Positions 28,538 through 38,349 of a stretch of 64,000 bases of DNA are shown one piece after another. The notes below the pieces were generated by a model that did no database searches, was not told the origin of the DNA, and saw only the letters and a list, made by a program, of their open reading frames with translations. The DNA is from Myxococcota bacterium (lineage in GTDB: Bacteria > Myxococcota_A > UBA796 > CAJQPC01): positions 64,001 to 128,000 of the forward strand of contig DASCPX010000179.1 in assembly GCA_036012755.1 (NCBI GenBank), written 5' to 3'. Within the stretch, counting starts at the first letter, position 1; every line of letters starts with the position of its first letter. The position numbers were made by a program, and so were the translations under genes.

Positions 28538-29910
28538 CACTCCCGGTAACCGAGCGCTTTGAGAGCCTCGTCGAGGCCCTCGTCGACCTCGACGCCGACG
28601 AAGCTCTCGAAGGCGCTGGCGGCTGCCGCTTCCAGCTCGGTGATGTCGCCCTGCACCGGCGAGACCATGAGCGGATCGTTCCGCAAGTCGTAGAGCTCGC
28701 GACTGCCGTCCTCGCCGAGCACGAGGGCACGGTCGCCCTCGCGGTAGAGCTTCCAGCCGTGCTCGAAGATGCCGCCGAAGCGTCCAGCGCGGTACAGGTC
28801 CACCCACGACTGGGCCCGGATTGGTCCCTGGTTGGGGGACTCCAGGAGCGATGACAGCGGCGTCTCGATCCCGGCCAGCGCGAGGACCGTGCCTGCGATC
28901 TGCTCGGCGGAGACTGGCTCCTCGACGACCCGAGGCTCGAGGTGTCCGGGCCAGGAGATGACCAGCGGCACCCAGGTGACCGGCCTGTAGACCGTGCTGT
29001 GATGGTTCAGGAGCTCATGCTCGCCGAGGTACTCGCCGTGGTCGCTCGTCACCACGACGATGCCGTCCGGACAGGCCGCTGCAAAGCGCCGCACGAGCAC
29101 GTCGAGGTGGGCGTCCGCCATGTTGACGCCCCCGTCGTAGACCTCGCCGATGAACTCCACACCCGCTGGGGGGATGTCGTAGATCGTGCCGTCCAGCAGG
29201 GGGTGCCCCACGCCGAAGCCAGATGCCTTGGTGAAGGCGAGCACCGGCTGCCCGCCATGGTCCTTGACGAAGGGGAGGAGCCAGTCCGGAGCTCCTCCGT
29301 CCCACCAGCTCCGCTCGGTCTCGTCGATCCAGGGGGCCGGCGAGGGCGCATAGGGCGCGTGGGCGGACATGAGGTTCACGAAGAGCAGCAAGGGGGCGTC
29401 GCGCTCCTCTGCGAGGACCTCGCTGGCGCGCTCGACGACGATGGGGTCCGGGACGCTGGCGAGCACCTCCTCGAAGCCACGAACCAGCCCGAAGCGCGGA
29501 TCCAGCAGGTTGTTTCCGGCGACGGCGACGGTCGAGTACCCGGCGTCGCGGAAGTAGCCGGCGAAGGTCTTCATGCCAGGCCGGATGCCCTCGACGGACT
29601 TCTCCTTGCCCGTCACCTTGAAGTCCCCGGTCGGCTCGGCGTGGTGAGCGCCGTGGACCCAGGGGGGCTCGCCGGTGAACAGGGATGCGTGGCCCGGCCA
29701 CGTCCAGGAAGCGGGGATGGTGGCGTCGGCGAAGCGGACGCCCCCCGCGGCCAGCTCGTCGAGCGCGGGCGTGGTGGCGCGGTGGTGGCCGTAGGCGCCG
29801 ACGTGGTCCGCTCGCAAGGTGTCGATGACGACGAAGAGCACGCTGGGCGGCGTCGGAGGCCCCGGAACCTCCGCCACTTCGCCCCCCGTACACGAGATCA
29901 GCCAGAACAT
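28537..29910 (-). CDS. Sulfatase-like alkaline-phosphatase-superfamily lipoprotein (Thr-type motif)
   Basis: VIDTLRADH, SWTWPGHASLFTG (no C/SxPxR), HAPY, TSDHGE..GEH....H, VPLVI. Confidence 0.8.
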   Translation of the reverse strand: MFWLISCTGGEVAEVPGPPTPPSVLFVVIDTLRADHVGAYGHHRATTPALDELAAGGVRFADATIPASWTWPGHASLFTGEPPWVHGAHHAEPTGDFKVTGKEKSVEGIRPGMKTFAGYFRDAGYSTVAVAGNNLLDPRFGLVRGFEEVLASVPDPIVVERASEVLAEERDAPLLLFVNLMSAHAPYAPSPAPWIDETERSWWDGGAPDWLLPFVKDHGGQPVLAFTKASGFGVGHPLLDGTIYDIPPAGVEFIGEVYDGGVNMADAHLDVLVRRFAAACPDGIVVVTSDHGEYLGEHELLNHHSTVYRPVTWVPLVISWPGHLEPRVVEEPVSAEQIAGTVLALAGIETPLSSLLESPNQGPIRAQSWVDLYRAGRFGGIFEHGWKLYREGDRALVLGEDGSRELYDLRNDPLMVSPVQGDITELEAAAASAFESFVGVEVDEGLDEALKALGYRE

Positions 29911-29923
29911 GCAGGCGAGGATG

Positions 29924-31066
29924 TCACGGCAGGTAGGTCGAGTTCACCGACCAGTCGCCGTCCGGGTAGTAGCTCCAGACGAAGCCACCCATGATGTCGG
30001 CGATGACGTCGTCCGTGACCCGGTCGTCGACGGCGGTGCAGCCCCAACTCATGCCGAGGATGCCGTACTGATCGACGATCTCGGGGCGGGCGTAGGTGGC
30101 GCCATGAAAGACGATGGCGCGGTCGCGTACGTTGTCGTTGTAGCCAGCCTCGAGCCCGTCGTAGCGCACGCTGTGGCCGTTGGAGCCGTAGTAGTCCTCT
30201 GCAGCGACCATCATGCCGAGACTCGACTTGTGCGTCTCCGGCACGTTGCTGAACTTCACCGCCCAGCCGGGGTCGGAGCTGTCGGCCGACTTGTCGCCAT
30301 GGGTCACGTGGAGGTTCCAGAGGAGCTCCTCGGCTGCCATGTCCCAGACCCAGAAGCGCTCTTGGGCCGAGTACAGCGAGAAGTCGATGATGCTGTAGAC
30401 GAGGTGGTCCGTGTGGCCCTCCTCCCAAGCCCTGTCGAGGGCCTCCAGTCCGAGTTCTGCCGTGGCCTCGTCGAGCCCCTCGTCCGCCAGGTCCCCCGCC
30501 GTGACGGCCCCGATCTGCAGGCCGTAGCTGCCCTTCTGCTCGCTGCCCGAGGAGTCCACCCAGGTGTCCGCGACGACGTAGTAGGTGCCCTTAGGCAACA
30601 GGGCGCCGGCAGCCCAGTGGCCGCGGTCGAAGCAGTCGTCGGGATCGAGGGAGCCGAGGATGTGGACGTCGATGTCGGCGCCGCTGCCCATCTCGCGGAG
30701 GTCGGCGGCGAGGAAGCCAGGCTCATCGAGGATGACTCGGTAGATGACCTCTGGCCCCGACTCGTCGGTGCTCGAGGCGCAGCTGTAGGAGTCGAAGTCC
30801 CGTGAGCCCCCGCCGGTGCTGTCGTCGTCCCAGTAGGGCAGGTCCCGGTCGACGCAGATGACGCCGCTCGGGCAGGGGTCGTCCTCTGGGTCTTCGGTGT
30901 CCTGTGTGTCACCCGTGTCGCCGGTGTCATCCGGGAGCGAGGTGTCGATCCAGCCGGTCTCGGCGCTGTCGACGACCGCGGTGTCGTCCAGCGACGGCCG
31001 CTGACCGCGACGCAGCGATCGGTCGGTGTCCTCTGGGGCTGCGCAGGCGGCAAGAAGCAGGATCAT
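29924..31066 (-). CDS. Murein L,D-transpeptidase (YkuD_2-type) lipoprotein
   Basis: IIDFS..S...RFWV.D, FSN.P..HKSSLG, NDNVR.RAIV.HGA.Y, G.SWGC.AV; DTG-rich linker. Confidence 0.85.
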   Translation of the reverse strand: MILLLAACAAPEDTDRSLRRGQRPSLDDTAVVDSAETGWIDTSLPDDTGDTGDTQDTEDPEDDPCPSGVICVDRDLPYWDDDSTGGGSRDFDSYSCASSTDESGPEVIYRVILDEPGFLAADLREMGSGADIDVHILGSLDPDDCFDRGHWAAGALLPKGTYYVVADTWVDSSGSEQKGSYGLQIGAVTAGDLADEGLDEATAELGLEALDRAWEEGHTDHLVYSIIDFSLYSAQERFWVWDMAAEELLWNLHVTHGDKSADSSDPGWAVKFSNVPETHKSSLGMMVAAEDYYGSNGHSVRYDGLEAGYNDNVRDRAIVFHGATYARPEIVDQYGILGMSWGCTAVDDRVTDDVIADIMGGFVWSYYPDGDWSVNSTYLP

Positions 31067-31093
31067 CGGCGGTTCTCCGCGAAGCCCCTGGAC

Positions 31094-32165
31094 CTAACGG
31101 CGCGTGCGCACCCAGTCGACTCGCTTCTTCTGGCTCTTGACACCGTCCACCCCGCTGGCCCTGGCCTCGCCGTCGAGGTCGTCCCGGATGAAGGCGGCGA
31201 GGTCCCCTGGCGAGGCCCCGACGTCCTCGATCTCGACGAGGACGACATCGCCGAGGTCGCGGTCCCACTCCCAGAAGCCGACGATGCGACCCGCGCGAGC
31301 GATCACCCGGTGGAAGATCCAGCGGGCCTTCGACAGCGGCGTCAAGCCTCGGCCCAGGCCGATGAGCTCCAGGTCGTGGTGCTCGGGCTGCACCAGCAGC
31401 GCCGGCGAGGCTCGCAGCGACAGGAGGTTGTCCTGGGCCGGCAGGAAGTGGAGCCCGTCGTCGATGGACTCGGCGAGGTCGCCGTAGACGGTCTCGCCCT
31501 CGAGCTCGTGTTGGGCCAGCCCGAGGCCAGCGATCGCCTTGTTCGCCTTGCCCTTGGCCACCTTGGACCAGCCTGTGAACTCCTCCAGCGTGGCGGGCGC
31601 CGCCCACTCGAAGAAGCGCCTCGCGAGGGCCTCGATCCGAGCCTGCTCGCCGCTCGGTCGCTCACCGAGGGACAGGGGGGAGACATCCGGGATCTCCCAG
31701 GTGTAGCGCTCGCTGTCGACCCGGCCGGTGGCGTGGCGGCGTCGGATGGCGCCGTCCCACTCCAGCAGTCGCAGGGCCGGAGGCAGGTTTGTCGTCACGC
31801 CGAGCTTCTTGCCGGCCTCGCCGAAGGAGAGGACCTCGCCAGGCAACGCCGCGCGAAGCTGGCCAGGGCTACGGGGACCCTCTGAGAGGACCTCGAGGAC
31901 ACGCTCGCCGAGCCGCCGGAGGTCTTGTTCGGACTGGCCGAGCTTGCCGAGGTTGCGCAGGAGCCCGCGCATGGAGAAGGTCTCGCTGACAGCCAGGGCC
32001 AGGGGCACGTCGGCGGCCGGAACGAGCCAGCATGGCGAAGTAGGGATCGACTCCGCCCAGAGAGCGGCTCCAGCCTCCGGGGACGGTGTCGAGGGCATCG
32101 CCCGCACCCAGTCGCTGCCTGGCAGACCAGCTTCTGCGTGCCTCGCCGAGAGTGAGCTTCGCCAC
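31094..32165 (-). pseudogene. AlkZ/YcaQ-like winged-helix DNA glycosylase, frame broken near 32030
   Basis: N-terminus VAKLTL...GWSRSLGGVDPY..LAR is in one frame; the rest (LARRFF.WAAPAT..EF..W, FLP..DN, G.IVG.WEWD) is in another. Confidence 0.6.
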
Positions 32166-32170
32166 TCCGC

Positions 32171-33337
32171 TCAGACGGCGTCGAAGCCAGCCGCGGCGAT
32201 GGCGGCCCGGACGACGGACTCGTCGACCTCGCCCTCGACATGGGCCGTGTTCGTCTCGATGCTGACGGTGGCGCCGTCGACGCCGTCCGTGTTGTTCAGC
32301 ACGCGCTCGAGGCGACGGGCGCAGCCCCCACAGGTCATGCCCTCGACGCCGATCTCCAGGGCCTTCGCGCCTGGTGAGGTGAGCTTTCTCCGGAGGTCGC
32401 CCACGGCGAACCAACATAGCATCGCGGTCAGCGCGACAGCGCTGGCGGTCGCCCACCAGGCCGCCCCGTGCTCGTGCGCTGGGGCGGTGGTGGCCTCGAT
32501 GAGGAAACCAAAGGCCCAGCCAAGGCCAATGCTGCCGACGAGGATGGTGACCAGGTAGATGGCAGTGGTGCGAAGGCCGAAGGTCTTCTTGATGGCGCCG
32601 AGAGTCGCGATGTTCGTCGCCGGTCCAGCCATGAGGAAGACCAGGGCGGCGCCCGCGGGCATGCCCCCAGCCACGAGTGAGGCCGCGATCGGCACGCTCG
32701 CGGTGGCACAGACGTAGAGCGGTACGGCGATGAGCAGGACCACGAACATCGCGGGCAGGCCGCCGTAGTCACCCAGCGCCGCGAGCCACTCGTTGGGGAC
32801 GAGCACGGTGATGGCCGCGCTGGCGACCACGCCGAAGGCCAACCAGCCCCAGATGCCCCGGATGATCTGGAGGCCGTGGTCGAAGGCCCCCCGCCAGGTC
32901 CGATCGCCGCTGTCGTGGGTGGGGGGCGCCTCGTCGGTGCCGGTGGACCCGAAGCGGTCCGTGAGCCAGCCCCCGACGAGCCCGGTGGCGGCGGCGGCGG
33001 CGACCTTGAAGAGCGCGAAGGGCCACCCGAGGAAGCTCCCGGCGACGAAGATCGAGTCCACGCCGGTCTGGGGGGTGGCGATCAAGAAGCCGATGGAGGC
33101 CCCGTCGCTGGCGCCGTCCTTCTTGAGCCCGATGCCCGCAGGGATGACTCCGCAGGAACACAGGGGCAGGGGCACGCCGAAGAGCACTGCCTTGGCGACC
33201 GCGCCACGCCCGCGGAGGTTGCGCTGCATGAAGTCGGGTGGCAGCCACTTGTGGAGCAGGGCGGACACGAGCGCTCCGAGCAGCAGCCACGGCGCCAGCT
33301 CGAGCAGGACGTCCCAGATCGCCTCGATGAAGCTCAT
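32171..33337 (-). CDS. DUF318/SO_0444-type Cu/Zn permease with C-terminal HMA domain
   Basis: GVPLPLCSCGVIP, FLIATPQTGVDS, PLYVCATAS.PIA, GPATN, GMTCGGC. Confidence 0.9.
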   Translation of the reverse strand: MSFIEAIWDVLLELAPWLLLGALVSALLHKWLPPDFMQRNLRGRGAVAKAVLFGVPLPLCSCGVIPAGIGLKKDGASDGASIGFLIATPQTGVDSIFVAGSFLGWPFALFKVAAAAATGLVGGWLTDRFGSTGTDEAPPTHDSGDRTWRGAFDHGLQIIRGIWGWLAFGVVASAAITVLVPNEWLAALGDYGGLPAMFVVLLIAVPLYVCATASVPIAASLVAGGMPAGAALVFLMAGPATNIATLGAIKKTFGLRTTAIYLVTILVGSIGLGWAFGFLIEATTAPAHEHGAAWWATASAVALTAMLCWFAVGDLRRKLTSPGAKALEIGVEGMTCGGCARRLERVLNNTDGVDGATVSIETNTAHVEGEVDESVVRAAIAAAGFDAV

Positions 33338-33618
33338 GCCCTGCCTCCGTAGCGTGCGAAGACGTCCATGAGCTCCTCGATGGCGTCCTGGCTCTGGGTC
33401 GGGTCGCCAGAGGCGAAGGCCTCGGCCACGCAGCTCTCGATGTGGGAGCGCAGGAGGATCTCACCGGCCTTGCCGAGAGCGCCGCGGGCGGCGGAGATCT
33501 GGGTGAGCACGTCGACGCAGTAGGCGTCGCCCTCGACCATGCGGCGCACCGCGGAGATCTGGCCCTCGGCCCGCTTCAGGCGGGTCAACAACCGCTTCTT
33601 GGAGGCTTCGTCTCTCAT
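33334..33618 (-). CDS. csoR: CsoR/RcnR metal-sensing repressor
   Basis: RLKRAEGQI.AV.RMVE...YC.DVL.QI.A...AL......L..H...CV. Confidence 0.9.
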   Translation of the reverse strand: MRDEASKKRLLTRLKRAEGQISAVRRMVEGDAYCVDVLTQISAARGALGKAGEILLRSHIESCVAEAFASGDPTQSQDAIEELMDVFARYGGRA

Positions 33619-33624
33619 CTTCGA

Positions 33625-33665
33625 ATACCCGGTGGGGGTATCTAAGCTATACCCCCAGAGGGTAT
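33625..33665. promoter_or_regulatory. Two tandem CsoR-type operators
   Basis: ATACCCGGTGGGGGTAT (33625-41) and ATACCCCCAGAGGGTAT (33649-65) immediately upstream of csoR. Confidence 0.85.
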
Positions 33666-33723
33666 TGCGCCAGAAAAACGAAACGCAAAGCTGGAGAGGG
33701 TGGGTGCGGTTAGCAGACCCGCC

Positions 33724-34371
33724 ATGCTCCCCGTGAAGATCTGCTGCATCCAGGACGAGGCCGAGGCACGCCTGGCCATCGAACACGGGGCCCGAGCCCT
33801 GGGGCTCGTCTCCGAGATGCCCAGCGGCTGGGGGCCGATCCCGGATGAGCGCATCCGCGAGATCGCCGCCACCGTGCCCCCCTTCGTCTCGACGGTGCTG
33901 CTGTCCGCTCGGTCGACAGTGCCCGGAGTCATCGAGCACGTCGAGGCCTGCGGCTGCGACACCCTGCAGCTCGTCGATGACTTCCCGCTGTCCGGCTACG
34001 ACTTCCTCCGCGAGCGCTTCGGTTCCCTGCGCATCCTCAAGGCGGTCCTCGTCACCGGCGAGGAGTCCATACAGGCAGCACGGGACCTGGCGCCGCTGGT
34101 CGACGCGGTGTTGCTGGACACGGGGGATCCGACGGCGGACGTGAAGGTGCTCGGGGGCACGGGTCGGACCCACGATTGGAGCATCTCCCGACGCATCGTC
34201 GAGGCCCTCGCGCCCCGAGATGTCGTCCTCGCAGGGGGCCTGAAGCCCGACAACGTCGCAGAGGCCGTGCGCCGCGTGCGCCCCTATGCCCTGGACCTCT
34301 GTACGGGCGTTCGCACCGATGGAGCGCTGGATCCGGCCAAGCTGGCCGCCTTCTTCGCCGCGCTCTCGTAG
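33724..34371 (+). CDS. trpF: Phosphoribosylanthranilate isomerase
   Basis: VKICCI, LLD, GGTG.THDW, LAGGL.P.NV, DLCTGV. Confidence 0.88.
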   Translation: MLPVKICCIQDEAEARLAIEHGARALGLVSEMPSGWGPIPDERIREIAATVPPFVSTVLLSARSTVPGVIEHVEACGCDTLQLVDDFPLSGYDFLRERFGSLRILKAVLVTGEESIQAARDLAPLVDAVLLDTGDPTADVKVLGGTGRTHDWSISRRIVEALAPRDVVLAGGLKPDNVAEAVRRVRPYALDLCTGVRTDGALDPAKLAAFFAALS

Positions 34372-34380
34372 CATTCGGTC

Positions 34381-36000
34381 GTGGCGGTCCTCCTTCGACT
34401 CGAGCAACGCGGCGACGACCTCGTCTTTGGCGTCGGAGAAGTGGAGGCAGCGCTGTCGGAGGGAACCGCCAGGGAGCTGCTCGTCCTCGCCGAGAGCGAC
34501 GAGGTCGACGTCACGGAGGACGACCTCGACCGCACCGACACCGGCGAAGACGAGGGCCTGCGCCTCGCCGACCTGCTGCGGGAGTACGCGCCGTGGGCGG
34601 AGCTGGAGGAGCTCGATGGCCAGACGCCGCTGATCGTGGTCTGCCCGGCGGCCCTCGAGAGGCTCGCCTGGGAGCGGCTGTTCTTCGATCAGGAGGCCCC
34701 AGCAGAGGTCCAGCGACGCGTCGTCATCGGGCGCCTGACCCCGGGCACGGCGGAGCCGACCAGACCCGAAGGCGCCTTCCACGTGCTGCACTGGTGCCCG
34801 ACGCCGAACGACCAGGGCTGCCGGCGCATCACGGGCCGGCTCGGCGAGCTCGCCCCCAGCCTGGAGATCACCCTCGACGAGTTCGAGAACCACATCCCCA
34901 GCGAGCCCTTCGTCCTGCACATCGTGATGAGCGGTGGGAGCTACGAGGCCCTGGAGCCCCACGTCGAGCGAGGCACGGAGGGACGCCTGGGACTCGCCCT
35001 GTCCCGCTGCGAGGCCGTGGTGCTCGCCATCATCGAGAGCCCGGTCGGTCACGCCGTAGAGCTCGGCGAGCGGCTGATCGAGCTCGGTGCGCCCTCGGTC
35101 ATCGCCCCCTGGGGCGAGGTCGACGTGGAGGCCCTGCAGCGCTTCGGCGACGGCTTCTACCAGGCCCTGGCGACCCACGCGACCCTGGCCGAGGCGGTCG
35201 CAGAGGGACGCCGAAAGGTGCGCGCCTGGGGCCAACGCCACCCAGAGGCCCGCTGGTCGAAGTGGTCCTGGCGCGTCGCGACCCTCGAGGCCGCCGACAG
35301 CTCTCCTCTGCGGCTGGAGACCTGGCGCCCCGAGGGCTGGCCTCGCCCGGCCTCTGATGCCACGGTGCTGCTGGAGCGCGCGCGCGAGCTGTCGATGGCG
35401 CAGGGTGGTGGCTACCTGGGGGTCGAGCACGTCGTTGCAGCGCTGAAACAGGTCGAGGGTGGCGGCAAGACCACAGCCCAGATCCGGGCGACGTTGCCGC
35501 GTCTGGACCAGTTCGAGGCGACGCTCGCTGCGCTCAGCCCCCAGCCCGGGGAAGAGCAGCTGACGCTGAGCCCTCGGCTGCGAGACTGGCCCAGCGGGCT
35601 GAACGATGGCTTCCACCTCGACGACCTCTGTGCCGTCCTGGCGATGGACCTCGCGGCGACCCTCGCGGGGCGACCGGGCACCGACCAGCCGGCCGAGGTG
35701 CTGACCGTGCTCGGCGGCCCAGAGGATGGGCGGGCGCTGAAGATGCAGGTCGGGGACACCCTCGGTCGCGCCTCGGACAGCGACGGTCCGACCCACGCGC
35801 TCTACGCCGGCACGCGGCTCACCGACCGCAAGCTCTCCCGCCAGCACCTCAGCTGGCAGGGGCCGGGCAAGGTGGTGCTGAAGAGGGCAGCACGACGCTT
35901 CCGGGGCGGAGAGATCGCCAGGGTCGGCCCCGGCGAGGTCGAGCTCAGCGCCGGCGACCTCCTGGTGCTCACCCACGCGACCCGGGTCATCGCCGGCTGA
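34381..36000 (+). CDS. Degenerate CHAT + Clp-N-like + FHA multidomain protein
   Basis: L..LAWE.L, VLHI, F..GFY.AL (CHAT-like); A.ELS...G.YLG.EH...AL (Clp-N); LGR...LSR.H (FHA). Confidence 0.6.
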   Translation: MAVLLRLEQRGDDLVFGVGEVEAALSEGTARELLVLAESDEVDVTEDDLDRTDTGEDEGLRLADLLREYAPWAELEELDGQTPLIVVCPAALERLAWERLFFDQEAPAEVQRRVVIGRLTPGTAEPTRPEGAFHVLHWCPTPNDQGCRRITGRLGELAPSLEITLDEFENHIPSEPFVLHIVMSGGSYEALEPHVERGTEGRLGLALSRCEAVVLAIIESPVGHAVELGERLIELGAPSVIAPWGEVDVEALQRFGDGFYQALATHATLAEAVAEGRRKVRAWGQRHPEARWSKWSWRVATLEAADSSPLRLETWRPEGWPRPASDATVLLERARELSMAQGGGYLGVEHVVAALKQVEGGGKTTAQIRATLPRLDQFEATLAALSPQPGEEQLTLSPRLRDWPSGLNDGFHLDDLCAVLAMDLAATLAGRPGTDQPAEVLTVLGGPEDGRALKMQVGDTLGRASDSDGPTHALYAGTRLTDRKLSRQHLSWQGPGKVVLKRAARRFRGGEIARVGPGEVELSAGDLLVLTHATRVIAG

Positions 36001-36815
36001 TGCTCGTCCTCGGCCGGCTGTACCGGCGGGGTGTGCCCGGGGTGGGGTGGCTGCTCGCGGAGGGCTTGTGGCTGGCGCTGTTCGGTGCTGCCTTCGCGGT
36101 CTGGCTCTTTCCGAGCGAGGCCAGCCTGGTGGCGGTCTTCCTGGTCGCCATCGCATCGGTGGACTCGCTGGAGCGACTGCTGGTGGAGAACCGCCGCCGC
36201 ATCTACGAAGACGGCGAGCGCCCTCTCCGCGCCAACCTGCACATCTGCGCGCTCCTGCTGGCGCTGTTCGCGGGCACCACGGTGGGCTTCTCGTTGCTCG
36301 GCCTCTTCCTTCCCCTGGACCTCGTGGAGCTCCTGTTCGCCAAGCAGCTGGAGGGCTACGGCGCCAACTTCCCCGGGCTCCAGTTCGGGGGCGCTGCCCC
36401 GCTGTTGAAGGCCAACCTCTTCGTCCTCTTCTTCTTCTTCGTCATCGCGCTCTTCTTCCGGCAGGGCGGAGTGATGCTGGCGGTCGCGTGGAACGCCGGA
36501 GTCTGGGGAGCGACCTGCGGCTGGCTGGCCCGGACCTGGGATGGGGGTCCCCCGCTCGTCGAGGCCTGGTTCCGAGTCGCCGGGACCTGCCTCCCACACC
36601 TGGCGCTGGAGGCTGCGGCCTTCGTGCTCGCCGGGCTCGCCGGCGTGTTCCTGTCGAAGGGGCTCCTCCGTCACGCCCTCGACAGCGAGCCCGTGCGCTC
36701 CATCGCGACCTCCGCAGCCGCACTGCTCGCCGTCGCGGTCGGATTGGTGGTCCTGGGAGCCTTCTGGGAAGCCCTGGTGGCTCCGCATCTCCACCTCTGG
36801 CTGATCTCCGGGTGA
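36000..36815 (+). CDS. SpoIIM-like membrane protein
   Basis: Multiple TM segments, N....F, WNA, LPH..LE..AF.LA, C-terminal GA..E. Confidence 0.7.
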   Translation: MLVLGRLYRRGVPGVGWLLAEGLWLALFGAAFAVWLFPSEASLVAVFLVAIASVDSLERLLVENRRRIYEDGERPLRANLHICALLLALFAGTTVGFSLLGLFLPLDLVELLFAKQLEGYGANFPGLQFGGAAPLLKANLFVLFFFFVIALFFRQGGVMLAVAWNAGVWGATCGWLARTWDGGPPLVEAWFRVAGTCLPHLALEAAAFVLAGLAGVFLSKGLLRHALDSEPVRSIATSAAALLAVAVGLVVLGAFWEALVAPHLHLWLISG

Positions 36816-37077
36816 ATCAGCGCTCCGACGCGGCGAGCAGCGAGGGCACAGGCCTGCAGACCGGGACCCTGAGGCGCACCCTCGCGAGACTGCACGCGGC
36901 GTAGTGTCGCGGCCAGTGGGCGACCTGCAGAGGTCGCGTCAGGAACACGGCCCCCCAGCCCGGCGGGCGGACGGGCGCACAACGACGTCCGTGGAAGGCA
37001 GCGCTGGCGCCCTTCTTCGAACACCAACCCCTGGTGCCCCTACTGGTCAGGCCCTCTGCAGCGGGCGACAGGATGTT

Positions 37078-37224
37078 GCGTATCGGCCCCGGTTCTCCGG
37101 AACCCTCGGAGATGTGCAACAAAACGTCGCGTATCGGCCCCGGTTCTCCGGAACCCTCGGAGATGTGCAACAAAACGTCGCGTATCGGCCCCGGTTCTCC
37201 GGAACCCTCGGAGATGTGCAACAA
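37078..37224. repeat. 51-bp tandem repeat (~2.9 identical copies) with internal hairpin
   Basis: tatcggccccggttctccggaacc... recurs at 37081, 37132 and 37183; contains GGTTC-tccg-GAACC. Confidence 0.95.
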
Positions 37225-37295
37225 GCTCGCCCAGTTCCGGGCTCGCCCAGTTCCGGGCTCGCCCAGTTCCGGGCTCGCCCAGTTCCGGGCTCGCC
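37225..37295. repeat. 16-bp tandem repeat GCTCGCCCAGTTCCGG (4 copies + 7 nt)
   Basis: Units start at 37225, 37241, 37257, 37273 and 37289 (partial). Confidence 0.95.
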
Positions 37296-37615
37296 GCGTC
37301 CTGAGACCGACGAGCGAGGCGTGCTTGCACGCCCCCGAGGAGGCGCCGGAGGTCGTGCCCGAAGCCGTCGCCCCGCGGTCCGCCGGTGTTGACGTGCGTT
37401 TCACCGGTGCAGACAGGGTGATCCTCGTCCGCGAGCCCGGAGGTGAGCGGCTGGCGCTGCGGGCAGATGGAGCCCGAGAGGTGCGCCCCGGCCACTACAA
37501 GATCGAAGCTCGCTTCGGCGAGCACCAGTTCCCGGTTGGACGGCTGACCGTCATGGCTGGTGTGGACGTGACGCTGTCCTGCGACGTGGACTTCCTGACC
37601 TGCAAACCGCGCTGA
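37296..37615 (+). pseudogene. Orphan C-terminal gene fragment (Pro/Glu linker + small beta domain ending C....F..C)
   Basis: Coding-like PEEAPEVVPE...PGHYKIEARF...LSCDVDFLTCK with no credible start; lies directly after the repeats. Confidence 0.4.
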
Positions 37616-37653
37616 GCGAGCCGGCAGGATAGGGGCGGGGCCAAGGAGATTCC

Positions 37654-38349
37654 ATGCTGCTGTCGCTGTTGTTGTCTTGCTCGGGACAGCCCGAGCCCAC
37701 CAGTGTCCCCGTCGCGAAGGACGGCGAGCCCAGGATCGAGAAGCCGGCGACCCCGGCCGCGGAGCCCGAGGTCCCGACGGCCTCGGTGCCCACCCCGGCA
37801 GACTGGAACGCGACCGCCCCGGCCAACTTCGACGCGGTCTTCGAGACCAGCAAGGGCAGCTTCACCGTGAGCGTGGACCGCAGCTGGTCACCCACCGGCG
37901 CCGACCGCTTCTACAACCTCGTCGACAACGGGTACTACGACGACATCGCCTTCTTTCGGAACATCGATGGCTTCATGGTGCAGTTCGGGATCCACGGCGA
38001 CCCGGCCTTCAACACCGTCTGGAAGGACGCCTCGATCCTGGACGACGCGGTCACGAAGTCGAACCGGCGCACCTTCGTGAGCTTCGCGACCTCGGGCAAG
38101 AACAGCCGCACGACGCAGATCTTCATCAACTTCGGCGACAACTCGAGCCTCGACGGAATGGGCTTCTCGCCCTTCGGCCAGATCACCGACGGCATGGAGG
38201 TCGTGGACTCGCTCTACAACGGCTACGGCGAGGGGAGCCCCCGCGGCCGCGGACCAGACCAGGGCAAGCTCCAGAAGATGGGCAACGCCTACCTGAAGAC
38301 CGAGTTCCCGAAGCTCGACTACGTCACCCAGGCGTCGATCAGGGACTAG
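37654..38349 (+). CDS. Cyclophilin-type peptidyl-prolyl isomerase, lipoprotein
   Basis: FETSKG, P.GADRFYNLV..GYY, FFR...GFMVQFG, SRTTQIFIN..DN..LD; MLLSLLLSC start. Confidence 0.92.
   Translation: MLLSLLLSCSGQPEPTSVPVAKDGEPRIEKPATPAAEPEVPTASVPTPADWNATAPANFDAVFETSKGSFTVSVDRSWSPTGADRFYNLVDNGYYDDIAFFRNIDGFMVQFGIHGDPAFNTVWKDASILDDAVTKSNRRTFVSFATSGKNSRTTQIFINFGDNSSLDGMGFSPFGQITDGMEVVDSLYNGYGEGSPRGRGPDQGKLQKMGNAYLKTEFPKLDYVTQASIRD

Noticed and set aside
37078..37295. CRISPR array
   Set aside because: Units are head-to-tail identical with no unique spacers, and there are no cas genes in the window.
37034..37615. Intact 193-aa repeat protein
   Set aside because: The frame passes through a 16-bp (non-triplet) array and has no convincing start; only the 3' part looks coding.
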